Positions 1 through 7,795 of a stretch of DNA of 10,925 bases are shown here, in pieces (the first letter of the stretch is position 1; each line of letters begins with the position of its first letter). The DNA comes from an uncultured archaeon (GTDB lineage: Archaea > Asgardarchaeota > Lokiarchaeia > Sigyniarchaeales > Promethearchaeaceae): the NCBI GenBank assembly GCA_964426185.1, contig CAYRPF010000038.1, positions 1-10,925 of the forward strand, given 5' to 3'. Below the pieces are notes generated by a model. It was not told where the DNA came from. It searched no databases and worked only from the letters and a program-made list of their open reading frames with translations. A program made the position numbers and the translations under genes.

Positions 1-140
1 TATATCAAATAACAAATTAATTTCCTCCTAAATTTTTTTTGTTCTTCTTAAAATTCTTTATTCTAACGCTACTAATATTCAGAAGAAAATGATTAGGAAG
101 AAATAATTTTGAAAGAAAAAATCTTAAAATTCCAATTTTG

Positions 141-183
141 AAGAAGAAAGAAAAAAAAGGAAAATGTAATAATATATTTTTCC
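141..183 (-). terminator. Probable tuf terminator: short hairpin followed by an oligo-T/pyrimidine tract
   Basis: Minus strand, ~50 nt after the tuf stop: GGAAAA...TTTTCC (6-bp stem, 178-183 with 159-164) followed by TTTTTTTTCTTTCTTCTT. Oligo-T tracts are the usual archaeal termination signal. Confidence 0.6.
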
Positions 184-232
184 CGATACTTCAACTAATT
201 AAATTAATTGACAGTTAATTAAAGTTAAATGA

Positions 233-1543
233 TTAAGCGCCCTTTTCGATGGCTAACACAACACCAACGGACACTGTTCGACCCATATCTCGCACTGCAA
301 TTCGACCAATCTCTGGAAAGTCCTTGAATTTTTCTAAGGGGAATTTCTTGATTGGTTGCAACTTAACAATTGCAGCATCACCCTTCTTGATGAATTGAGG
401 ATTATCTTCTAATACTTGACCAGTCTTACCGTCGAGTTTCTTGGATAATTCCACAAATTTACAAGCAATTTGGGCGGTGTGGGAGTGAACTACTGGAGTA
501 TAACCTAAAGCTAAAGCGGTTGGGTGCCAAATTACGATAATTTGAGCGGTGATGGTATCTTTGGGAGTTACCACAGTACAAGGTGATTTAGCATCTGCCA
601 CCACGCATCCCCGATAAACATCTTTCATGGTAATACCTCGGATGTTGAATCCAACGTTATCACCTGGCTGGGCTTGTTGTAAAGCTTCGTGGTGCATTTC
701 GATGGAGCGTAATTCACCTTTAAAATTGGTTGGAGCTACGTCTACTTGCATTCCAACTTTCATCAGTCCGGTTTCGATTCGACCAACAGGTACCACTCCA
801 GCACCTTTAATTTTATAAACATCTTGCACTGGTAAGCGTAAAGGTTTGTCAACAGGTTTTTCTGGAACAGGTAAATTGTCTAAGGCTTCCAATAAGGTTG
901 GACCTTTCCACCATTTCATGTTTTCGGATGGTTCAGCTAAGTTATCACCAACGAAAGCAGATACGGGTAAGAAGGTTACATCTTTTTCGGTGTTGTATCC
1001 TACTACTTTTAATAAATTCTCGATTTCAGCTTTTACTTCGTTGTATCGTTCTTCGGAATAATTTACCGAAGCATCGTCCATTTTATTAATAGCTAAAATA
1101 ATTTTCTTGACACCTAAGGTCTTAGCTAAGAAAGCATGTTCACGACCCTGACCGTTGTCTGAAATGGCTGCAGCAAATTCGCTGGTCTTGGCAGAAAATA
1201 CTAAAATTGCTGCATCTGCTTGACTGGCACCAGTAATCATGTTCTTAACGAAATCAGCATGTCCTGGAGCATCAATAATGGTAAAGTATTTGGATTTTGT
1301 TTCAAATTTACGGAAGGCTAAATCAATGGTAATACCACGTTTGCGCTCTTCGGCTAATCGGTCCATAAAGTATGCAAATTTCCACGATTCACGATCTAAG
1401 TCCTTAGCCATCTTCTCCATTTCACGGGCTTCACGATCAGATACGGCACCGGCTTTAATGAGCAAATGGCCCATCAGGGTGCTCTTTCCATTGTCGATAT
1501 GGCCTATAATGACCAGATTCATATGTTCCTTTTCTTTGGGCAT
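233..1543 (-). CDS. tuf: Translation elongation factor 1-alpha (aEF1A)
   Basis: 436 aa. G1 [9 protein letters not shown], G2 [9 protein letters not shown], G3 [19 protein letters not shown], G4 NKMD, G5 SAFVGDN. Domain II/III signatures [54 protein letters not shown] and GR-AVRDMG-TV-VG. SD-like GTGAT 5 nt before the ATG. Confidence 0.98.
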   Translation of the reverse strand: [436 protein letters not shown]

Positions 1544-1584
1544 GTTAAATCACATAAATATGTTTTCACTTCGCTGAGGGGACT

Positions 1585-1660
1585 TTCTGACAGAAGTGTC
1601 ATTAAAAATCGTTCTCGAGCAAGTATGATGAGAAAGTGTTCCATTTCATTAAAAAGTTTG
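1585..1660 (-). promoter_or_regulatory. Candidate tuf promoter region: two TATA-like TTTTTAAT boxes and a palindrome
   Basis: Minus strand has TTTTTAATGA twice (TTTTTAAT at 1608-1601 and 1655-1648), each followed by ACACTT(T)CT. The palindrome TTCTG-A-CAGAA (1585-1595) lies just downstream of the proximal box. Confidence 0.4.
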
Positions 1661-1861
1661 TATCGCAATACTTACGTAATAAATTATAGAAATTATCCAT
1701 TTTAAGATAGAATAGTAATACTTTTAGGCAAGGAATTAGGTAATTCTGTCCTAAATTAAGTAAGCATTGTAATCAGAGAATTTTTTGAGTTTTAGTTATT
1801 TTTTCGCTTAGTTAGTTAGGGGCACCTTCAGTAATGCTTAATTTTATACTTTTTAATAAGA

Positions 1862-1884
1862 CAACTGCTCTTTTTGAGCAGTTG
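1862..1884. repeat. Perfect 9-bp inverted repeat CAACTGCTC-TTTTT-GAGCAGTTG (terminator hairpin or operator)
   Basis: Read directly from the sequence. It lies ~80 nt past the stop of the RHH gene and ~320 nt upstream of tuf. Confidence 0.7.
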
Positions 1885-1962
1885 CGTGGCGCTTTTCAAG
1901 CAAAAGAAGAATTCCACTAATTAAATCTCTACCCAAATGAATAATATCATTCCTTCATTATA

Positions 1963-2694
1963 TCAAAAAAAGCGATCATGCTTTTCATAGGTTATATATT
2001 CATCATGCCATGTTCTGAAAATTTTTTCTTCATTTTCCAGCTGTTGTAAGAGTTGTCGAATTAAAGATTTATCGATAGGGGTAAACAAATCAACAATTTC
2101 ATCGTATGAAGTTTGTCCTAAGCGGTGAATTATATTATATAGAATTTCCTTAATAACATTTAACTGAGGTTTTTGAATTGATTTTATTTGAAATTGAATT
2201 TCAGGTGAGAAATAAGCATGCATTGCTTGACGAATAAGAGTGGAGCGCGTATAGAAATTTTGTTCAGCAAATACATCCCATTCAGCCAATTCTTTTGAAT
2301 CAACTCGAAATGTAAAAGCAATTAATGCTGGATTTCTATTAGAATTTCTTTTTGAATTTTTATCTAAATTATTATTTGAGTTTTTGTTTGGATTTTTTCT
2401 TAAGTTTTTGCTTAAATTATTATTTATTTCTTTTTCTGTATTATTTTCTTCCTTTTTATCGAAAATTGAATTTTTTTTTAATTGAGTCTCAATTGATGAA
2501 ATAAAGCTTGAAATCGTGGATTCATGACTGTATATGGAATATGGATTGAGAAATAATGAAATTGCATGAGTGATAATTTGTCCGATAGGTCGATTTTGGG
2601 TTCGGGCAAAAGTTTCCCACAAGAATTTTTCGTTCGGGGTGATCCGAATTCCTACAACACGTGTTGGCACATAATTAACAAGGGTAAAAATCAC
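1963..2694 (-). CDS. Putative DNA-binding protein: two ribbon-helix-helix (CopG/MetJ-like) units, Asn/Lys-rich linker, C-terminal winged helix
   Basis: RHH1 TRVVGIRITPNEKFLWETFARTQNRPIGQIITHAISLFL aligns with RHH2 LIAFTFRVDSKELAEWDVFAEQNFYTRSTLIRQAMHAYF (alternating beta strand plus two helices). C-terminal EILYNIIHRLGQTSYDEIVDLF..IDKSLIRQLLQQLENEEKIFR fits a wHTH. The true start may be the GTG at 2670 (MPTRVVGIR). Confidence 0.7.
   Translation of the reverse strand: MIFTLVNYVPTRVVGIRITPNEKFLWETFARTQNRPIGQIITHAISLFLNPYSIYSHESTISSFISSIETQLKKNSIFDKKEENNTEKEINNNLSKNLRKNPNKNSNNNLDKNSKRNSNRNPALIAFTFRVDSKELAEWDVFAEQNFYTRSTLIRQAMHAYFSPEIQFQIKSIQKPQLNVIKEILYNIIHRLGQTSYDEIVDLFTPIDKSLIRQLLQQLENEEKIFRTWHDEYITYEKHDRFF
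2329..2424 (-). repeat. Degenerate in-frame 2 x 48-nt duplication encoding the Asn-rich linker
   Basis: NNNLSKNLRKNPNKNS / NNNLDKNSKRNSNRNP. Both DNA copies begin AATAATAATTTA, and Asn recurs every 4 residues. Confidence 0.65.
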
Positions 2695-2767
2695 TTAAAA
2701 TTTGGTAAAGACGTCCGATTTTATCGATATATGATCAAAAAAAGTTCCATAATTTTAATATTAATAA

Positions 2768-4939
2768 GTGATTAATAATAATAAGGGAAGGGAGCCTAAA
2801 ATGATGTGGGAATTTCGCGATCTTGAAAAAATCCGCCAATTGTTAGTGCATGGCAGATACAATGAGGCTCTCCAAAATATTATCCTTTACAAGCGTAAAA
2901 TGAAACTTTCAGTAGAAGAAGAAATAAAGGCCGAATTGCTTCATATAGAAATTTTGTTTCGAGCCGGCTTTTTGCAAGATATTGCGCCGAAACTGGATTT
3001 TTTATCGAAGAATTCAGAATTGGCGAATAACATGGAACTATACTTAGAATGGATGGTTCTCAATGCCCGTTATAACCAAGAAATTGGAAAATTAGCATCT
3101 GCAAAACCCTTTTTAAAACAAGCACATGAAATTGTTCTCACTTCTTTTCAGCCTAAATCTGCCAAAGTAGAGAAGCTTACCAAGGAAGAAAAGTCTACAA
3201 AAGAGAATATTATTGATAATTTTGCCAATCAGAAAGAAAGTAAAAACCAAATTTCCCCTCTCCCTTTTATTTTTCAAAAAATCCTTTTTCTGGAAGGAAT
3301 TCAACATTGGTATGAGGGTAACATAGAAGAAGCCCTCCAAAAACTTGAAGATGTGCTTCAAATTATTCCTAAAAACAGCCATTCAGGGCAATATATCCAA
3401 ATTTTAACTTATTACGGCATGATTTTATGTGAAAATGGGGATTATACCCGCGGAATCAGTCATTTACAGCATGCTTTAGAACTTGAGCGTGATTTGGGAG
3501 ATAAAGTTGCTCTTGCTCAAATTTTGGGTCAATTAGGACGCATTACACACCTTCAAGGTCATTTAGATGAAGCATTGAAATACTTACAAGAATCTATTTT
3601 TATCTGGGAAAATTTGGGTGATTTTTCGCAGATTCGCTTTAATTTAGCCGATATCGGCACTATCTATCGCCAGAAAGGGGATTATCATCAAGCATTGAAT
3701 TATATTAAAAGAAGTTTAGTTATAGCAGAACGAATTGGAAATCCTAATGAATTATCTCGATTTTTACTGGAATTAATTCGAATTTACCTTGAAATGAATG
3801 CCATAGAAAATGCAGAAATTGCATTAGCTCGTCTATTTCAACTGCAAACTATGATTTCCAATAAAAAAATTGAATTGCGCTACCGTTTGGCTAATGCATT
3901 GATCTTGAAACAAAAAGGACGGGCACGAAATTTATTTCAAGCTCAAAGTTTATTCACCTCGATCACTGAAGAGCCATTAGTGGAAGAAGAGATTACTCAA
4001 ATTGCATTACTCAATCTGTGTGAGTTGCTTTTAGTTGAATTACGCTTAAATGACGATGCGAGCCTATATGAAGAACTGGAAAAAGTCATTGAAAAACTGC
4101 AGAATGAAGCCGAAAAGCAGGGTTCGCATTTGCTTTATGCTGAAACTTACTTATTAAAAGCTAAATTGCTTTTGCTTCGGTTGAACATTTCTGAAGCCAG
4201 ACATTGCTTAAACCAAGCCCAAACCTACGCTGAACAAAGCGGACTTTTACGCGTTGCTATGAAAATTAGTGAGGAACATGATAAATTAGTTGCTCAACAG
4301 CAAATTTGGAATTCTTATCAGCTGTCAGAGGTTCCTTTGCAAAAACGGGCAGAACTTGCCGAGATCGAGAATTATATGCGAAATATTGTTCATGAAAAGG
4401 GATTTGATACTCCCCAGATGATAAATGAAATTCCAGTTGCTTTCATCCTACTAAATTTAAAGGGAACGGTATTGTATTTCAAAGTTTTTACTTCTTACTG
4501 GAATTTTGATAAAGATATGTTAGCAGGCTTTCTATCAGCCTTTGATATGATGAGTGATGAAGTTTTTTCTCAAACTTTGGAGCGCGCCAAATTTGGAAAT
4601 TTTAATGTAATCGTTCAAAAAATCCAGTCGTTTATGTTGGGATATGTTTATCAAGGGCCTTCATTTTTTGCCCAGAAGAAAATGCAAACTTTAGGTCAAG
4701 AATTCACCGAAAATAAGGTGCTTTTAGAGGAATTAGATAATTTAACAGAAAGCAAAGATTCTTTAGAATCAGTAAATTTGAAAGATGGATTAATTCCGGT
4801 TGAAACAGTCAATTCGACAAAAAACGATATGCAAAAGACACCTTCATATATAAAATATCTCAATGAATTATGTGAATGCATTTTAATTCCCGAATATTCT
4901 AATCCTGCCAAAAAGGCAACACTTCCAGAAAATTCATAA
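2768..4939 (+). CDS. Tetratricopeptide-repeat protein with C-terminal longin-like domain (paralog 1)
   Basis: ~40-aa TPR units (YYGMILCENGDYTRGISHLQHAL; LGRITHLQGHLDEALKYLQES; IGTIYRQKGDYHQALNYIKRSL) and a helical middle region. From ~4430 a bb-a-bbb-a pattern follows: AFILLNLKGTVLYFKVF..DKDMLAGFLSAFDMMSDEVF..LERAKFGNFNVIVQKIQSFMLGYVYQG. A more likely start is ATG 2801, after GGGAG. Confidence 0.8.
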   Translation: MINNNKGREPKMMWEFRDLEKIRQLLVHGRYNEALQNIILYKRKMKLSVEEEIKAELLHIEILFRAGFLQDIAPKLDFLSKNSELANNMELYLEWMVLNARYNQEIGKLASAKPFLKQAHEIVLTSFQPKSAKVEKLTKEEKSTKENIIDNFANQKESKNQISPLPFIFQKILFLEGIQHWYEGNIEEALQKLEDVLQIIPKNSHSGQYIQILTYYGMILCENGDYTRGISHLQHALELERDLGDKVALAQILGQLGRITHLQGHLDEALKYLQESIFIWENLGDFSQIRFNLADIGTIYRQKGDYHQALNYIKRSLVIAERIGNPNELSRFLLELIRIYLEMNAIENAEIALARLFQLQTMISNKKIELRYRLANALILKQKGRARNLFQAQSLFTSITEEPLVEEEITQIALLNLCELLLVELRLNDDASLYEELEKVIEKLQNEAEKQGSHLLYAETYLLKAKLLLLRLNISEARHCLNQAQTYAEQSGLLRVAMKISEEHDKLVAQQQIWNSYQLSEVPLQKRAELAEIENYMRNIVHEKGFDTPQMINEIPVAFILLNLKGTVLYFKVFTSYWNFDKDMLAGFLSAFDMMSDEVFSQTLERAKFGNFNVIVQKIQSFMLGYVYQGPSFFAQKKMQTLGQEFTENKVLLEELDNLTESKDSLESVNLKDGLIPVETVNSTKNDMQKTPSYIKYLNELCECILIPEYSNPAKKATLPENS

Positions 4940-5069
4940 TTATCCACATTTTACCTGCGTGTGAAGATCAATTTAAATAATGCCATCTCTTTTTCAAATT
5001 GTGCAATTTTGATTTAAACTCACATTCTGTATATACAAAATTGTCAAATAACTGAATTGGATAACCTTC

Positions 5070-7130
5070 ATGTCAATTCCACCCAACTTACAAAATAATC
5101 AATCATCGGTAAATGGATCTGAGAAGAGATCAGATGCTATAGGGGACGGTATGTCAAATAGAGTTTCAGAAAATGTTTCCGAAAAAGTACTCGAGAAAAC
5201 CCTATGTTTATTAGAAGAAATTACCTTTGCTCTCGATCGAGGCCAATTTCCCACCGCTAGAACACTTCTGGCTGAAGTAGACGATATTCCTATTCTCTCT
5301 CGAGAATGTGTACTCCGAGTCCAATTAGCTAAAGTTAGGTTATATTGTTATGAAGAGAAATTTAATGAGGGTCTGAAATTAGCTGATGAAGCATATTTAC
5401 AAGCTTTAGAAATTGCTCAATATCAGATAGCAATTCAGATAGGGGTGAAATTGGCCGATATTCATTCCAGGATGGGAAAAGTTCAGATCAGTCAGGATCT
5501 TTTAGACGATTTGAATATTTTAAATGACGCCCATTTTTCCCAAGATACTGAAATTCATTCCAAATTAAAAAGTGATATTTTATTTATGGTCTCTGCCAAC
5601 CAATGGCACACTGGGCAATTACAAGATTCATTAAATACAATCTTAGAATGTATTGAATTAAGAAGGAAGTATGCATCCGAAGTCGCTCTTGCTAATGCAA
5701 TTGCATTTGAAGGTATGATCTATTGCGAATTGGGGCAAATTCCTAAAGGAATATCATTTCTCAAAGAAGCCTTGGTTTGTCAAAAAAAATTGAATAATCT
5801 TCATTATTTATCAATTCTCTTCAATAATTTAGGTTGGGTATTTCGACTTAAAGGAGATTTAATTAAGGCACAACGTTACTTACAAGAGAGTGTGAAAATT
5901 CGGAAAGAAATTGGTAATATCTTAAATTGTCGGATTGAATTTGCAAATTTAGGGGTAATTGAGCATCAAATGGGAAATCTCGCTCAAGCAAAAAAACACC
6001 TATTTGAAGCATTAGAGTTGGGAAAAAAAGTAGGTAACCCGGTTGAAATTGCGGTATTTCTCTTTTATCTGATTCGATTACTCTTAGATCAAAATAAAAC
6101 GGCGGAAGCGAAAAAAAACATTGATACACTTCAAGAATTAAGCGAACTAACAGGTAATGAGAAAATATCCCAACGATATTTATTAAGTTATGCACTCTAC
6201 TTGATGAAAAATCCACGGGTGAAAAACCTTTATAGGGCTCAGAATATGTTTAGGGAGATCGCCCAGAAAGCTATCGTAAAACATGAATTGACGGTGGAAG
6301 CGCTGATTCATTTGTGCGATTTGCTCATATTTGAATTAAAAATTTCTAATGATCCAGAAATTATGGAAGAAATTAACGATATTTTGGCAAAGCTGTTAAA
6401 TATTGCTAAAGAAATTCGCTCATATTATTTATGGTGTGAAATTAACTTTTTGAGAGCAAAATTGGCCTTGATGAATTTAGATGTGCTCAAAGCCCGTAAA
6501 TTGTTCAGCCAAGCTCAAATTATTGCTCAAGAACAAGGTTTACAACAATTAGCCATACGAATTTCTAATGAACATGATCAATTACTAGAGCAAGAAAAGA
6601 TATGGGAGCAATTTCAAGCTGCACCGCCTGATTATTATAAACGTACTGAATTGGCCCGAATAAATGACAATATTCAGCGAATAAAGAGGCAAGGCATAGT
6701 AGAATCAGTTTATGTTGAGCCTGAAGAACCTGTCATGTTTGTAATTATGAATGAAACGGGACCAAACCTCTATACTCATGCATTTACTGCTGGTTTAAAT
6801 TTTAATGAACAATTATTCGGGGGTATTTTATCCGCGTTTGAAGCTTTTAGCACTGAAATTTTTAAAGGAGTCTTAGAAAGGGCAAAATTCGGAGACTATA
6901 AGGTATTGGTGAAAACTATTTCCCCCTTTTTAGTATGTTATATATATAAAGGGCCCTCATATTTTGCACAGGAAAATTTCATTAAATCATTGGATATGAT
7001 TCAGAATCAGCGAGAAATATGGGAAATTTTGATAGACGCTACTAAAAATGGTAATCTTATTTCTTCCCACCGAATTCCAGAGTTGACTAAAGAACTTGAG
7101 AAAATTTTCCATAATTCAAAAAGATTTTAG
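5070..7130 (+). CDS. Tetratricopeptide-repeat protein with C-terminal longin-like domain (paralog 2)
   Basis: Collinear with paralog 1 (GMIxCExG, YLQES, GNPxE, ALxxLCxLLxxEL, ISxEHDxL, RxELAxI, LERAKFG, YxGPSxFAQ). The longin-like part starts at ~6729: MFVIMNETGPNLYTHAF..NEQLFGGILSAFEAFSTEIF. Alternative start ATG 5151. TATA-like TGTATATACA at 5028-5037. Confidence 0.8.
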   Translation: MSIPPNLQNNQSSVNGSEKRSDAIGDGMSNRVSENVSEKVLEKTLCLLEEITFALDRGQFPTARTLLAEVDDIPILSRECVLRVQLAKVRLYCYEEKFNEGLKLADEAYLQALEIAQYQIAIQIGVKLADIHSRMGKVQISQDLLDDLNILNDAHFSQDTEIHSKLKSDILFMVSANQWHTGQLQDSLNTILECIELRRKYASEVALANAIAFEGMIYCELGQIPKGISFLKEALVCQKKLNNLHYLSILFNNLGWVFRLKGDLIKAQRYLQESVKIRKEIGNILNCRIEFANLGVIEHQMGNLAQAKKHLFEALELGKKVGNPVEIAVFLFYLIRLLLDQNKTAEAKKNIDTLQELSELTGNEKISQRYLLSYALYLMKNPRVKNLYRAQNMFREIAQKAIVKHELTVEALIHLCDLLIFELKISNDPEIMEEINDILAKLLNIAKEIRSYYLWCEINFLRAKLALMNLDVLKARKLFSQAQIIAQEQGLQQLAIRISNEHDQLLEQEKIWEQFQAAPPDYYKRTELARINDNIQRIKRQGIVESVYVEPEEPVMFVIMNETGPNLYTHAFTAGLNFNEQLFGGILSAFEAFSTEIFKGVLERAKFGDYKVLVKTISPFLVCYIYKGPSYFAQENFIKSLDMIQNQREIWEILIDATKNGNLISSHRIPELTKELEKIFHNSKRF

Positions 7131-7152
7131 GCAAAATCACATTTCTTAACCC

Positions 7153-7779
7153 ATGAAATTTTTCTGCCCTCAGTTGATGGATAATCCACAAGATACTGAT
7201 AAAGAAACTTTCTTAGCGTTAATGCTGAAAAAACGCCCAGAATATGCTGTACTATGGGATGTAACTGGAGATGATGTGATAGAATTTAATCGTCGAGTTT
7301 GGGTAACTCAGTACGTGGTCATTGAAGGGCAAACAATCTATTATTCTCAAGCCCGACATTATGCTACCCGTGCTAAAGCACTTTTCGGGATTGATAAAAT
7401 TGTTTATGTGGAATCGGATGAAGAATGGCGTGAATACCTTCCCACTAGTGATAGATTTAAAAAAATCAAGTTTTATGCCCCTGGAGTGGTAGGTGAACCT
7501 AGTGAAATCGCATTAGAAGACTTTATTAATAAAATGCTTAAAATACGGCCCCCATTTGCAGTGTTGTGGGATGTTTCATTCACAGATATAGAATATATTT
7601 CTTCTCGGGTTTATGTTACCAGCTATATGCCCGTGATAGATGACACTATTTATTATTCTTTCGGAAAGCATTTCGCATATTTAGCCCAGAAGAAATTCAG
7701 CATCCCCAAACGTCAGAAAATTTCAATCCAAGAACCTGCTTTTCTCAAAGAAGAAATCCCGATTTCGGAAACTGCATGA
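7153..7779 (+). CDS. Hypothetical protein built from two ~65-aa tandem repeat domains
   Basis: Residues 18-82 and 122-186 align without gaps at 30/65 identities by hand count (MLKxRPxxAVLWDV...RVxVTxY...TIYYS...HxA..A...FxIxK). Starts 22 nt after the TPR2 stop. Alternative start ATG 7177. Confidence 0.75.
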   Translation: MKFFCPQLMDNPQDTDKETFLALMLKKRPEYAVLWDVTGDDVIEFNRRVWVTQYVVIEGQTIYYSQARHYATRAKALFGIDKIVYVESDEEWREYLPTSDRFKKIKFYAPGVVGEPSEIALEDFINKMLKIRPPFAVLWDVSFTDIEYISSRVYVTSYMPVIDDTIYYSFGKHFAYLAQKKFSIPKRQKISIQEPAFLKEEIPISETA

Positions 7780-7795
7780 AAAACAATGGAAAATT

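Noticed and set aside
192-230. AT-rich near-palindrome AATTAATTG-A-CAGTTAATT just after the tuf stop
   Set aside because: Almost entirely A/T with a mismatch, so it is expected by chance at this base composition.
627-1705. Five short + strand ORFs (627-818, 846-1061, 898-1089, 1239-1577, 1466-1705)
   Set aside because: Antisense shadows of the highly conserved tuf gene or its promoter, with no recognisable motifs.
2566-2775. 69-aa + strand ORF
   Set aside because: Overlaps the RHH gene antisense and the divergent promoter region; no motif.
3113-6216. Minus-strand ORFs 3113-3382, 4696-4947 and 5863-6216
   Set aside because: Antisense to the long TPR genes, with composition typical of reverse-strand artefacts.
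2768-7130. TPR proteins as CHAT/caspase, STAND NTPase or anti-phage effectors
   Set aside because: I saw no Walker A motif, caspase His-Gly/Cys dyad context or nuclease motif; the C-termini fit a longin-like pattern.
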